In this document: positions 1-14,420 of the stretch, one piece after another
Layout: every line of letters starts with the position of its first letter
How positions within the stretch are numbered: the first letter of the stretch is position 1
Source: Eledone cirrhosa
Lineage: Eukaryota
Length of the DNA stretch: 64,000 bases
Direction: 5' to 3'
NCBI GenBank assembly: GCA_964016885.1
Contig: OZ024749.1
Span: 33,046,001-33,110,000 of the forward strand
Notes under the pieces: model-generated
The model's input: the letters and a program-made list of their open reading frames with translations, nothing else
What the model was told of the DNA's origin: nothing
Databases searched by the model: none
Made by a program: the position numbers and the translations under genes

Positions 1-560
1 GTTCATTCGGTATTGTGTATGGTGGGTATTATGCCTGGTGGGGTCTTGTCATGGATACGGGCTTTAACTAGGCCGACTTGCCCCAGACACACATCAAAAA
101 GAACGGATTAATAATAAACTGTAGTCGATAGAATCGATCAAGCTCTTTCTCCGACAATGATTGGCCTTATGCCCAAATAGAAGAAACCAATATAATAATT
201 TCATTAGTGGGTTATGTGTGTCGTCTGCTGTCCCGCCACTAACTCCCGCTGAAAACATTAACTATCGTCTGCACAACTATGTGAGTGTGTGTGAATGTGT
301 GTGTAGGTCAGTGTTATGTGTGTTTTTGTGTGAGTATATGTGCTTGAGTGTGTATTCGTGTTTGTCTGTTTGCGAATGTGTGTATGGTGAGTGTGTGTAT
401 CTGTGTGCGAGTGTGTGCATGAAATGTTTTCTATCTGTGTATCTGAGTGTGTTCCTTTTTACTTTAACAACAGTTTAGTCGGCCATATTGTTTTTTTTAT
501 ATATTTCGATCTCCACTCTTGCTCGAGCCTCTCGAGACATAATTATATAGAAAATAAATA

Positions 561-648
<88 letters not shown>

Positions 649-816
649 TTGATAGAGAGTTGGGGAAGGTGAAGAGAGAGGTAGTGAAAGATAGTGAGTG
701 AGAGTGAGAGAGATAGAATTAAATATAAAGATAAATAGAGAGAAAGATTGAGAGAGAATGAAAGAGAGAGAACGAGAGAGAGAAAACGAGAGATTGAGAG
801 AAAGAGAGAGAGATAG

Positions 817-851
<35 letters not shown>

Positions 852-855
852 GAGA

Positions 856-916
<61 letters not shown>

Positions 917-1715
917 CAACTGAAGAAAACGAAATTACAAAATAGAAAGTTTTTCTTTGAAGTTTCTTTTAAAAATACTTTTTGTGGGCAATGTTGTTTT
1001 TATGAAGAACAAAATGAAATTTAGAAACGAAGAATCTCAATAAAACATAAAATAAAAGAGAGAAAATCGATATAAAACTATAGCTAAATTTACCAAATTA
1101 TATTTACAAGGAAGAAACATCATTATGATTGTAGCCGCCGCCGTCGCCGTCATCCTCGGTGGCGTCGTCATCGTCGTAGCTATTGTTCACCTTCCTCTTC
1201 TCTCTCGCAATTCGTCTGTCTGACTGCCTCTTTGTCTGTCTGTCTTCCTGGGGTCAATTATAGGTTTATGGTTTACGTTTGCTTGAGTTCGTGGCTGGCT
1301 TTGATTTAATCTGGATGCATTTACGTTCAAGTTACGGCAATTGACGATCTTTGTTGCATCATAATATATATTACATTAACTATCGAGTCATTTATGGTAC
1401 AATTGTTTCTCTGGCTGCCTACGACAAATTTTCACTGAAACAGGCCCCAGGTCATCAGCCTATGACTCCATTTGTAATGGAGGTGTTTTTTTTCTTTCGA
1501 ACGTAAAAGAGATCCAATAGAGAAGCAGAAAGATTAAAACATATATCGGTAAACATGTTTTAGGTATTCAAAGTGGGAAAAGAAATGCGAGTGAAGTAAA
1601 ATAGAAAAATAATCAGATATAGTTTATGAAGATTAAAGGGAGCTAACTATTGCTGGGCCCACATAAAGGAGAAAAAAAAAAAGGAAAAATAATAATGCTT
1701 TCTTTATTTTTCTTA

Positions 1716-1923
1716 TATGGGCACAAGACCAGCATATTTTAGGGGAGGGAAAAGTTGATTAAATCGATCCCAGTGCGTGACTGGTACTTTCTTTTATCGA
1801 CCCCGTAAGGATGAAATGCAAAGTTAACCTGGGCGGGATTTTATCTCAGATCATAAAGGGCCGTAACTCTATGCTGCAAAGCATGGTGTCCGACTATCTA
1901 CCGATACTGCCAATCCACCGCCC
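1716..1923 (-). mobile_element. tRNA-derived SINE (Meta-domain-like, major family in window)
   Basis: Reverse strand reads GGCGGTGGATTGGCAGTATCGGTAG (A box) then a B-box-like segment then GCATTTCATCCTTACGGGGTCGATAAAAGAAAGTACCAG, matching the other copies. Confidence 0.85.
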
Positions 1924-2311
1924 CAAAGGAGAAATAATAATGATTTGGCTTATAAAGGAGAGTCCATGTTAAAGTAGATAGGTGATACCAGTGGTTAGTA
2001 AGAGGGGTTCGAGAACTTCCAACATTCCGTGTGCTCTTATAAGTTTGGATATTCTTTACCAAATTACACTCCACACACAGGTACACTCACCTACTTACAC
2101 ACACATACATTGTCCATCTCTCTGTGGCTACCTAGCCCCCTACCTATGTATATCTATCTATTTCTCTCTCTCTCTATATATATTATTGTTTGTCTACTCC
2201 TCCTCCATATCTTTTTTTCTTTTTATCTATGTTTGTCTCTTTATAATTATATAGATATACCTGTGAAAAAAAACAAATACGCTATCTGTAAGATAGCCAG
2301 CTCGAGCTATG

Positions 2312-2349
<38 letters not shown>

Positions 2350-2480
2350 GTGTGTGTGTGTGTGTGTGCGTGTGCGTGTGCGTGGGTATGTGTGTGTGTG
2401 TAATATATATATATATACTTACAACGCACAGTCTCATACATTTATAGTATAAGCGCGGGCATACACACACACACACACAC

Positions 2481-2612
<132 letters not shown>

Positions 2613-2949
2613 GACGAGCAAACAAGCCATGAAGAAAAATGATATCTCGAAAGATGTAAGTATGGCTAGCAGACTGCAGACTATTAACACTTAAGCATAC
2701 AGAAATAAGCAATACGAAGTGGTTAGACGAATTAATGTATGGTGGAAAAATGGCATTAGAGGGGAAATAAGAAGCCAAGGTAGTGAAAGATAAGCAGCAA
2801 TTGCTTGTTTATTCATCTTGAAATTCGTCTCTGATGCAAAACGAATTCTGCGAAGCAGTTTAAATGGTTTTCAGATCACATTAAATATAGAATGGACCTC
2901 GGTTTCGTTTCGACGAAGAGCGTTCCAATTGTTTCTATCAAAAGAATAG

Positions 2950-3128
2950 TCTTCTTCTTCTTCTTTTTCCTTTTCTTTTTCTTTTTCTTTTTCTTTTTCT
3001 TTTTCTTTTTCTTTTTCCTTTTCCTTCTTCTTCTTCTTCTTCTTCTTCTTCTTCTTCTTCTTCTTCTTCTTCTTCTTCTTCTTCTTCTTCTTCTTCTTCT
3101 TCTTCTTCTTCTTCTTCTTCTTCTTCTT
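2950..3128. repeat. (CTT)n/(CTTTT)n microsatellite, probably expanded (GAA)n tail of the adjacent RTE
   Basis: Direct reading; abuts the RTE 3' end. Confidence 0.9.
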
Positions 3129-3306
3129 CCACTTATTCCTGAAAGTGTCGTGGGGGCGGACTCCTGAAACATTCTTTCCAGCAGGTCCTGTCAAAAGCAA
3201 CCATCTTCAACTGATCCGGTTGGATCTCCAAGCACGACCAGCCAAGCTCATGGATGTTATTTAACCATCTTATTCGGGTCTACCCCTTGGTCTCTTCCCG
3301 GACGGG
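3129..3306 (-). mobile_element. RTE-clade LINE 3' end fragment
   Basis: Minus strand encodes PSGKRPRGRP and, after a frameshift, IRWLNNIHELGWSCLEIQPDQLKMVAFDRTCWKECFRSPPPRHFQE*, followed by a (GAA)n tail; shorter copy at ~32190-32290. Confidence 0.75.
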
Positions 3307-3309
3307 TTT

Positions 3310-3513
3310 TCCCGTAAAACCATAGGAGCTGTGCGGTTTTCTGAGTTTGTAAGCATGTCTACGGGTGTTAGACACATGGAATTCAAGAAGGTGCTCAGGG
3401 TTGTTGTTGGTTAATAATTTTGCGGGTGTCTACCAAATCAGTTTCCAGACGTCGAAGCTTTAATGTATCCATGCCCAGGGAGGCAAGGTGTTCAGAGCAT
3501 GGTGTAGATGCCT
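3310..3513 (-). mobile_element. CR1/L2-type LINE ORF2 C-terminal fragment
   Basis: Minus translation PCSEHLASLGMDTLKLRRLETDLVDTRKIIN...EFHVSNTRRHAYKLRK resembles the CR1 'L..RR...DL...YKI...TRGH..KL' motif. Confidence 0.65.
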
Positions 3514-3517
3514 TTTT

Positions 3518-3797
3518 TCCTCCTCCTCCTCCTCCTCCTCCTCCTCCTCCTCCTCCTCCTCCTCCTCCCCATCATCCCCGTCATCATTCTCACCACCACC
3601 ACCACCACCACAACAACCACGAACCACCACCAACCACTACCAACCACCACCATCACCACCAACCACCACCACCACCATCATCACCACCACCACCACCACC
3701 ACCACAACTACCACCAGCCACGACCAGCCACCACAACCACCATCAGCAGCAGTAGCAACAGTAGCAGTAACCGTAGCAGCAACAGTAGCAGCAACAG
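3518..3797. repeat. (CCT)n/(CAC)n/(CAG)n compound trinucleotide repeat
   Basis: Direct reading. Confidence 0.9.
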
Positions 3798-4042
3798 AAG
3801 TAAAGTTTCGAATTTTTCAAATACTTTTTCATGGTTCATATGAACATATTAATTAGATTATATATTTCTACTAATATCTATTTTCTGCCAAATTTCCTTG
3901 GAAAGTAATTTAGTTACGCCCTGTGGAGGTCGTCAATACCCCGAGCCATATTAGATATTGGAGTTGCCGAGAAAACGGAAAATTAAATCGAGTCTCAACA
4001 CATTCGTATGAAATGATAGCCAAAATCTGCCTCACACTCCCA

Positions 4043-5362
4043 TCCTCACATCTGAAAAATATGCTTAAATATTCTGGAAAACTCTGTACTAGATATGTCC
4101 TCACATCTGAAAAATATGCTTAAATATTCTGGAAAACTCTGTACTAGATATGTCCTCACATCTGAAAAATATGCTTAAATATTCTGGAAAACTCTGTACT
4201 AGATATGTCCTCACATCTGAAAAATATGCTTAAATATTCTGGAAAACTCTGTACTAGATATGTCCTCACATCTGAAAAATATGCTTAAATATTCTGGAAA
4301 ACTCTGTACTAGATATGTCCTCACATCTAAAAAATATGCTTAAATATTCTGGAAAACTCTGTACTAGATATGTCCTCACATCTGAAAAATATGCTTAAAT
4401 ATTCTGGAAAACTCTGTACTAGATATGTCCTCACATCTGAAAAATATGCTTAAATATTCTGGAAAACTCTGTACTAGATATGTCCTCACATCTGAAAAAT
4501 ATGCTTAAATATTCTGGAAAACTCTGTACTAGATATGTCCTCACATCTGAAATATATGCTTAAATATTCTGGAAAACTCTGTACTAGATATGTCCTCACA
4601 TTTGAAAAATATGCTTAAATATTCTGGAAAACTCTGTACTAGATATGTCCTCACATCTAAAAAATATGCTTAAATATTCTGGAAAACTCTGTACTAGATA
4701 TGTCCTCACATCTGAAAAATATGCTTAAATATTCTGGAAAACTCTGTACTAGATATGTCCTCACATCTGAAAAATATGCTTAAATATTCTGGAAAACTCT
4801 GTACTAGATATGTCCTCACATCTGAAAAATATGCTTAAATATTCTGGAAAACTCTGTACTAGATATGTCCTCACATCTGAAAAATATGCTTAAATATTCT
4901 GGAAAACTCTCTACTAGATATGTCCTCACATCTGAAAAATATGCTTAAATATTCTGGAAAACTCTGTACTAGATATGTCCTCACATCTGAAAAATATGCT
5001 TAAATATTCTGGAAGACTCTGTACTAGATATGTCCTCACATCTGAAAAATATGCTTAAATATTCTGGAAAACTCTGTACTAGATATGTCCTCACATCTGA
5101 AAAATATGCTTAAATATTCTGGAAAACTCTGTACTAGATATGTCCTCACATCTGAAAAATATGCTTAAATATTCTGGAAAACTCTGTACTAGATATGTCC
5201 TCACATCTGAAAAATATGCTTAAATATTCTGGAAAACTCTGTACTAGATATGTCCTCACATCTGAAAAATATGCTTAAATATTCTGGAAAACTCTGTACT
5301 CGATATGTCCTCACATCTGAAAAATATGCTTAAATATTCTGGAAAACTCTGTACTAGATATG
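4043..5362. repeat. 55-bp minisatellite, ~24 near-identical copies
   Basis: Unit TCCTCACATCTGAAAAATATGCTTAAATATTCTGGAAAACTCTGTACTAGATATG; period 55 (4043, 4098, ...). Confidence 0.97.
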
Positions 5363-5610
5363 GAGTGAACCCGTATCTCATCAATTTGGAACACATGCGG
5401 TCGAAACATATTTTGAATAATTGAAACAAAAAGGGTAACACTGTAAAACTGACACCACCACCTATTACTAGCTATTTCCTCCTCCAGAGTAACCTCATTA
5501 CACCACCACTACTGTCGCCACCATTAACCACCAGCTCCACTATCACCTCAACCCCCCCCCACCATCACCACATCCATCACACCATAACACCAGCACCAGT
5601 ACCACTGTCA

Positions 5611-7662
5611 TCATTTGGGGTACACACTAGATGTGCCACTGGTGCAGTCAGTCATTGGCGTGTCACACTAGATGTGCCACTGGTGCAGTCAGTCATTGGG
5701 GTACCACAGTAGATGTGCCACTGGTGCAGTCAGTCATTGGGGTACCACAGTAGATGTGCCACTGGTACAGTCAGTCATTGGGGTATCACACTAGATGTGC
5801 CACTGGTACAGTCAGTCATTGGGGTACCACACTAGATGTGCCACTGGTACAGTCAGTCATTGGGGTACCACACTAGATGTGCCACTGGTACAGTCAGTCA
5901 TTGGGGTACACACTAGATGTGCCACTGGTACAGTCAGTCATTGGGGTACCACACTAGATGTGCCACTGGTGCAGTCAGTCATTGGGGTACCACAGTAGAT
6001 GTGCCACTGGTACAGTCAGTCATTGGGGTACCACAGTAGATCTGTCACTGGTACAGTCAGTCATTGGGGTACCACAGTAGATGTGCCACTGGTACAGTCA
6101 GTCATTGGGGTACCACACTAGATGTCCCACTGGTACAGTCAGTCATTGGGGTACCACAGTAGATCTGCCACTGGTACAGTCAGTCATTGGAGTACCACAC
6201 TAGATGTGCCACTGGTGCAGTCAGTCATTGGGGTACCACACTAGATGTGCCACTGGTACAGTCAGTCATTGGGGTACCACACTCGATGTGCCACTGGTAC
6301 AGTCACTCGTTGGGGTACCACACTAGATGTGCCACTGGTACAGTCAGTCATTGGAGTGCCACACTAGATGTGCCACTGGTACAGTCAGTCATTGGGGTAC
6401 CACACTAGATGTGCCACTGGTACAGTCAGTCATTGGGGTGTCACACTAGATGTGCCACTGGTGCAGTCAGTCATTGGGGTACCACACTAGATGTGCCACT
6501 GGTACAGTCAGTCATTGGGGTACCACACTAGATGTGCCACTGGTACAGTCAGTCATTGGGGTACCACACTAGATGTGCCACTGGTACAGTCAGTCATTGG
6601 GGTGTCACACTAGATGTGCCACTGGTGCAGTCAGTCATTGGGGTACCACACTAGATGTGCCACTGGTGCAGTCAGTCATTGGGGGTACCACACTAGATGT
6701 GCCACTGGTACAGTCAGTCATTGGGGTACCACACTAGATGTGCCACTGGTACAGTCACTCGTTGGGGTACCACACTAGATGTGCCACTGGTACAGTCAGT
6801 TGTTGGGGTACACACTAGATGTGCCACTGGTGCAGTCAGTCATTGGGGTACCACACTAGATGTGCCACTGGTACAGTCAGTCGTTGGGGTACACACTAGA
6901 TGTGCCACTGGTGCAGTCAGTCATTGGGGTACCACACTAGATGTGCCACTGGTACAGTCAGTCATTGGGGTACCACACTAGATGTGCCACTGGTACAGTC
7001 AGTCATTGGGGTACCACACTAGATGTTCCACTGGTACAGTCAGTCATTGGGGTACCACAGTAGATCTTCCACTGGTACAGTCAGTCATTGGGGTACCACA
7101 GTAGATGTGCCACTGGTACAGTCAGTCATTGGGGTACCACACTAGATGTGCCACTGGTACAGTCAGTCATTGGGGTACCACACTAGATGTGCCACTGGTA
7201 CAGTCAGTCATTGGAGTACCACACTAGATGTGCCAATGGTACAGTCAGTCATTGGGGTACCACACTAGATGTGCCACTGGTACAGTCAGTCATTGGGGTA
7301 CCACACTAGATGTGCCACTGGTACAGTCAGTCATTGGGGTACCACACTAGATGTGCCACTGGTACAGTCAGTCATTGGGGTACCACACTAGATGTGCCAC
7401 TGGTGCAGTCAGTCATTGGAGTACCACACTAGATGTGCCACTGGTACAGTCAGTCATTGGGGTACCACACTAGATGTGCCACTGGTACAGTCAGTCATTG
7501 GGGTACCACACTAGATGTGCCACTGGTACAGTCAGTCATTGGGGTACCACACTAGATGTGCCACTGGTACAGTCAGTCATTGGGGTACCACAGTAGATGT
7601 GCCACTGGTGCAGTCAGTCATTGGAGTACCACACTAGATGTGCCACTGGTACAGTCAGTCGT
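5611..7662. repeat. 41-bp minisatellite, ~50 copies
   Basis: Unit CATTGGGGTACCACACTAGATGTGCCACTGGTACAGTCAGT; period 41 (e.g. 6961, 7002). Confidence 0.97.
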
Positions 7663-8134
7663 TCGCTCCGTTCCGCATGAGAGAAAAATTCTAAACTCTT
7701 TCTTTATCATTCCTTTCCTGAGCACCCCCCTCCCCCAAAGCACCTGAAATTATACCTATTTAAAAGAAAATATATATCAGTGGTACTGGCATTCACTTTC
7801 CTCATCAGCCATTCGTGGCAATGCAATTTCGTTCATCTGAGATAGGAAATGCTTTGTATGCTTTGTAAATTTTAAAGAGTTATTTACAAAAACAGCAAAA
7901 GAAAAACTTCTTTACCTCCTTCCTAGCTTGTTTGAAAATCAGTGCTATTGATGTTTTGATGTATCTGTTGTCGCTATTGTTGCTATGCATATAGTTGGTA
8001 TAGAGTGACATTACAAATAGAATAATATATTATTGCACAAGAAAGGAAGAAAGAAAGCATAAAGAGAGACAAAGAAATATGCAGATCAATTAAAACCGAA
8101 CCTTTTTCTAAGCCAACTTACTATGTGTATGTGT

Positions 8135-8520
<386 letters not shown>

Positions 8521-8536
8521 ATATATATATATATAT

Positions 8537-8629
8537 AGTACTCGATACTTAGGGTAGTAGAGTGGGTAATAGGAAAAGAGTGAGGACTTCGGCGGCTGAG
8601 CTCCGGCCGTTTCGAAACTGACTCTTTTC

Positions 8630-8724
<95 letters not shown>

Positions 8725-8980
8725 AAAATATATGTAAATAAGACCGTTCATTGCCCCAATCCATAAAGAAAACATTCAGAAAATCCCGTAAAACCATCCC
8801 CGTAAAACCATCCGTTTCGACAGCTAGATCCGAACCAAGTTCGGATCTAGCTGTCGAAACGGCCGGAACTCAGCCGTCGGGGTCCTGACTATTTTCCTGT
8901 TACCCGCTCTACTACCCTAAGTATCGAGTACTAGGGTGCATTATAGTCCACCTGGTATCTCACCACACCTGCTTTGTTAT
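8537..8980 (+). mobile_element. (TA)n-embedded fold-back element family B carrying the 3' half of a hammerhead
   Basis: Palindrome CCGTTTCGACAGCTAGATCCGAAC-caa-GTTCGGATCTAGCTGTCGAAACGG, then GAAA-CGGC[9 nt]GCCG-TC; copies at 15500-15578, 33755-33890, 34264-34450, 34708-34780 and 57528-57720. Confidence 0.7.
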
Positions 8981-9128
8981 ATATATATATACATATAATG
9001 CGCCGAAACATCCGTGAGTCGTAGTAAACAGCTGACGAAGGGAAACTGTCCATCTCTTGTTTGTCTCGCCTTACCTTCTAACACTATATATATATATGAA
9101 AGAGTCGGGACCCCAACCGCTGAACTCT

Positions 9129-9166
<38 letters not shown>

Positions 9167-9950
9167 AAGTAAGTCCTTCATCAGTGACCCTCCAACCGTC
9201 CCAGGCATTTCATCGCTTTAAGGGCCATATACCTCAGGTTGGTGCGAACAACGGCTAAAAAAAGTCGTTGGGACACGTAAATAAATATATATATATATAT
9301 ATATAAATTTAGTTATCTTTTCATTGAGATACTTCCGTATATCAGTGACAAATAACCTACTGTGTGATATATATATATATATATATCATATAACTAAATT
9401 TATCTATTCAGAGAAGGGTATATATAGAGTAACTTTTACAAGGTTGTTTTATTAGGAATCTACCCTATTCTTTCTCTAGGACTTATGATATTTTCTTTGA
9501 AAGCAAAGGTTTTGCATTGGTCCCTAAAGTACTACCGTGGGCTACTGAGCGGGCCCACTTGCCATCAAACAAGCTGACGACCTGGCCAGTCCGCCACTGC
9601 ATAAACACACATATGAACATATAATGCTGAAAACGAAAATCTTTCATTCCCCTATTCTATTTGAAATTTCCCGATAGTAATTTATATGTTATAGCCGTGG
9701 AAATGTCACAGTTGAACATCTCAATGTGGCAACTGGTTTTAAATGTCAAACTCAACACCGTCAGCAACTTATCTAACTCTGATCAGGCTTCCCATCAGTA
9801 AATGTATGTAGTATATGAACAGACAATAATCTTATCTCAAAATATCTTTTGGATGTATTGAAGTTTAATCCTACAAAAGAAATATGCCGCAAATAAAAAT
9901 ATCGAACTGAAAAAACAAGAAAATCTGTCAAATAGACTTCTTCCCTCCTC

Positions 9951-10007
<57 letters not shown>

Positions 10008-10119
10008 AAATGAAGTAACGGAGTCAGAAACTCGCGTTAGTCCCCCCCCCTCTCTCTATCTCCCCCCTCTCTCTCTATATATATATATATAGAAGAAAAC
10101 ATTCTTTCGAAGGGAATAT

Positions 10120-10191
<72 letters not shown>

Positions 10192-10259
10192 GTATATATA
10201 TGCATATTTCCTTCGAATGAAACACTTCTATTCCTGTAGAAGCCATTTCTATATTAACC

Positions 10260-10300
<41 letters not shown>

Positions 10301-10304
<4 letters not shown>

Positions 10305-10404
10305 TATTGTTATTCATTAATGTTAAAGATTTTTATGTAAATCCACCGCCGTCGCGCCTTGTAATGTCCTATTTTTGTATGCCCTTGTGGCAAATAAAGA
10401 AAGA

Positions 10405-10443
<39 letters not shown>

Positions 10444-10990
10444 TTTTCAAATACCACTTTGGAAGAAGAATCAGGATGGAGAGAGAGGTGCTGTACCCCA
10501 GCAAGTTTTATGAAAGGTGGGTGAAAGTGGCGAGAATGGCCCGAGTGAATGGGCCTTCTCTCTATATCAGCCTGTAGATTGAGGAAAAGGAGGAGGAGAG
10601 GAAAGGAGTACAAGCTCTTCGTACTCCTGAAGATGAGGGTTGCACATTTTTTTCGGGGGTATGTGTTACCCATATAAACTGTCTCCCTCTATTGGGGAAA
10701 ATCGACTAACTTTTAAATTCCATCTGTGATAACATTTTACACGTTTTTATTGTATGTAAACTTCCCCCTTTGTATTTGTCCCCTTCTTTTGTGCCCCTGT
10801 GGCTAATAAAGAAATATATCTATCAATCTATCTATCTATCTATCTATTTGTGGCGCCTCCCCCCTATTGGGGATTTCGATTGTTGTAATTGTTTGTTTCA
10901 ATATTTTTACACGACTGTATGTAAAATCCCCGGCACGTGTCTTTGTATTGTCCCCTTTTCTTGTGCGCCCTTGTGGCAAATAAAGAAATC
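10301..10990 (+). mobile_element. Three serial 3' ends of a (TATC)n-associated LINE (L1/Tx1-like)
   Basis: Three segments each end GCCC(T/C)TGTGGC(A/T)AATAAAGAAA followed by (TATC)n; the middle one encodes FKYHFGRRIRMEREVLYPSKFYERWVKVARMARVNGPSLYISL*. Confidence 0.6.
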
Positions 10991-10995
10991 TACCC

Positions 10996-11046
<51 letters not shown>

Positions 11047-11349
11047 CATCCATCTATCCATCTAAGTATCTATCAAGCTAGCCACATCTCATCAGTCCTG
11101 CACGTCTCTCTCTCCTTGAAATACTCTCTTTCATACTTTCTTGTCAATATCTATTAACTTGGGTTAGTCTTAAATAAGACAAGTACAGTCTCTTCACACA
11201 CAGGTTGCATCAAACGAAACCTTTAATCTTCAAGTATATTACAAAATTGAATTAGGACGTCACAATGTTCGATGTTTCTTGGCGCCAAACTAATCAAAAG
11301 CGCAGCCGCACAGGTTAAATGGTCAGATTTTTCTGACAGAAGTCCGCTC

Positions 11350-11415
<66 letters not shown>

Positions 11416-11801
11416 TATACATAAAATATGCATTCACACATATATATAATATATATATTACATATATAAATATAAGTATGTACATATATATATATGTACA
11501 TATATACGTACATATATATATGTGTGCACGTATGTATATATATATACATACTACTGTACGTCAGTATACATATATGTATGTACGTATACATACTTATATT
11601 TAAGTAACAGCCGTACTAAGAGTGAGAAATGAAATTTCGTTTCACTTATTCCATATATAAATATGTTATATATAATATAATATATATATATATATATATA
11701 TAATTATATATATATATATATGTAAATATATATATATATATAATTATATATATATATGTAAATATATATATAATTATATATATATAGATATATATTATTA
11801 T

Positions 11802-11832
<31 letters not shown>

Positions 11833-12074
11833 AATATTCGTGTCTGAGAGACCGTGTCTGTATATTCTGCTACATGAATAATGATCTAAAGAACGCCGCC
11901 ATGCAGCTTGCAAGTGTTCAAATGGTGACAACGAGAATACTTTTGATTCAAAGGAAAGAAGCGCATATTGTTAAGTTATCTGACTTCAGAAAATTAGATT
12001 TCTCTCTCTCTCTCTCTCTCTCTCTGTCTGTCTGTCTGTCTGTCTCTGTCTCTCTCTCTCTTCCTCTCTATATC

Positions 12075-12171
<97 letters not shown>

Positions 12172-12183
12172 CTGAATATATAT

Positions 12184-12891
12184 ATACAAATATAAATTAG
12201 CGAGAATCGTATTTCGGCTTTGGAAATTAGCGAAAAACAACTTCCGAGATGTGTGGCAAGCGCTCAATAATTCTAACGAACCAGAGTTACAACATACGTT
12301 AAAAGGCCAAACACACTGAGACGATGGTTAAACCATTATCCGCACAGCCATAGAAACGACCAAGTAATTCGGGTCAAACAAATAAAAAAATGTGAGTGAA
12401 AAATTTACCCGGAACCCTGGATGGTTGGTAAAAATCCAGCATTTGGGTTTCTGCGACTCATAAATCAAGTACTGTCCGCTTAGACAAATAATGTTAGGCT
12501 TCTGGTAAGATGATTGAACAAGGAAGTCACTTTCTCAACAGGCTTTTAGTTCAAGTGCCAGGCCAAGGATTGACCGTTACCAATACCCATGTGGGGCTCG
12601 ACAAGAGAGGCAACCCTTATTTTTGGCGGATGAATTCAGTAGGTGTATATTATTGCAAAATTGCAAAATATCACAAAACGAATTAAGTTCTCAACAGAGT
12701 GGTTTTAAAGTTAACAAAAGCTATTTATCAGTCAATAGAATCAACTAAAAAAATCAAGAAAATTAACTGGTCAATAGCTAGACTCTGGAGTTTAATACAA
12801 ATATAAATTAGCGAGAATCGTATTTCGGCTTTGGAAATTAGCGAAAAACAACTTCCGAGATGTGTGGCTCAATAATTCTAACGAACCAGAG
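12184..12891. mobile_element. ~710-bp element bounded by ~100-bp direct repeats, inside (TA)n
   Basis: 12184-12286 is repeated at 12795-12891 (one 6-nt indel); both flanks are (TA)n. Confidence 0.75.
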
Positions 12892-12960
<69 letters not shown>

Positions 12961-13377
12961 GACATACATACAAATATATAAATATATATATATATATATA
13001 AATAGAAGTGGTTACACAACAGTTAGTTCACCATACCGAAAACAATTGTTTCACCTTAGCGGATCCTTAGCTCGTAATGGGCATGGTTATACGGAACAGG
13101 AAGGGCAACCGTACGAACGCGCATGCGCAGAAACCGGTCACCTCACACAGGCAGAGGTGTAAGGGAGATAACTGCAAAAGTCCGAAAAGTTTTTAGTTGA
13201 TAAGAAAAAATATTGATGTTGTTACAATAATTCATTCAATCCGGAGCTTTGCAATAGTTATGCAATAGTTATGCAATAGTTATGCAATAGGTGTTTCGAG
13301 ACGTGTGGACAACGTGTTAAAAATTCATTTCTCGTGTTTAGGCAATCGCTATTACATAATCTCTTTGGAATATTTAT

Positions 13378-13507
<130 letters not shown>

Positions 13508-13774
13508 ACACATACATACACACATACACTTACAGACACTCATACAAACACACACACAAACATAGACACACACACATAGATTCACATACACAGATACACA
13601 CACACACGCACTTACACGCACATAGAGAGCCACACACATCCATCCTCCCCAACGCAGATATTCTGTCTAGGTCAACAGAACCAACTACAACAGCAAAGGT
13701 TAAGAAGATTTTTTCAGTAAAATATCCATAAATAAATAAATAAATAAATAAATACATGAATGAATGAATGGGTG

Positions 13775-13831
<57 letters not shown>

Positions 13832-13836
13832 GCACG

Positions 13837-13869
<33 letters not shown>

Positions 13870-13900
13870 GCACGTATATATATATATATATATATATGTG

Positions 13901-14095
<195 letters not shown>

Positions 14096-14420
14096 CTATT
14101 TATCTATCTATATATATATATATATATTTAAAAATCTAATGTAGATGTTAAGAATAACCTTTCTGGAAAGACTTTCATTATATATATATAATGTAGAATT
14201 TCTGTTTGATTTTTGTATGAAGTGCCCTTTGATGTTCTACTTTGTAAACTCTACGAGACCGTTGAAAGAACTTACTTAACACAGAGTTGTAGGTATTGGT
14301 GAGGTTAACCACGACAGCGTTACAATATGATTGATAATATTGGTTAAAAAAAATATATATATGGAAAAAGTATTTGAAGCACTCACATATATTATATTAT
14401 ATTATATTATAATATGAAAA

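Noticed and set aside
1415-1475. Minus-strand CTGATGA..GAAA..TC as a hammerhead
   Set aside because: Stem I and stem III do not pair; single copy; compatible with chance.
4043-5362. 55-bp unit as a hammerhead satellite (CTGAAAA..GGAAA..TA)
   Set aside because: G8 missing, stem II does not abut GAAA, and stems I and III do not pair.
4043-7662. 55-bp and 41-bp arrays as CRISPR
   Set aside because: Contiguous repeats with no unique spacers, no cas genes, eukaryotic context.
9175-9225. CTGATGA motifs at ~9180, ~15446 and ~31680 as hammerheads
   Set aside because: No downstream stem II-GAAA before the element ends in (TA)n.
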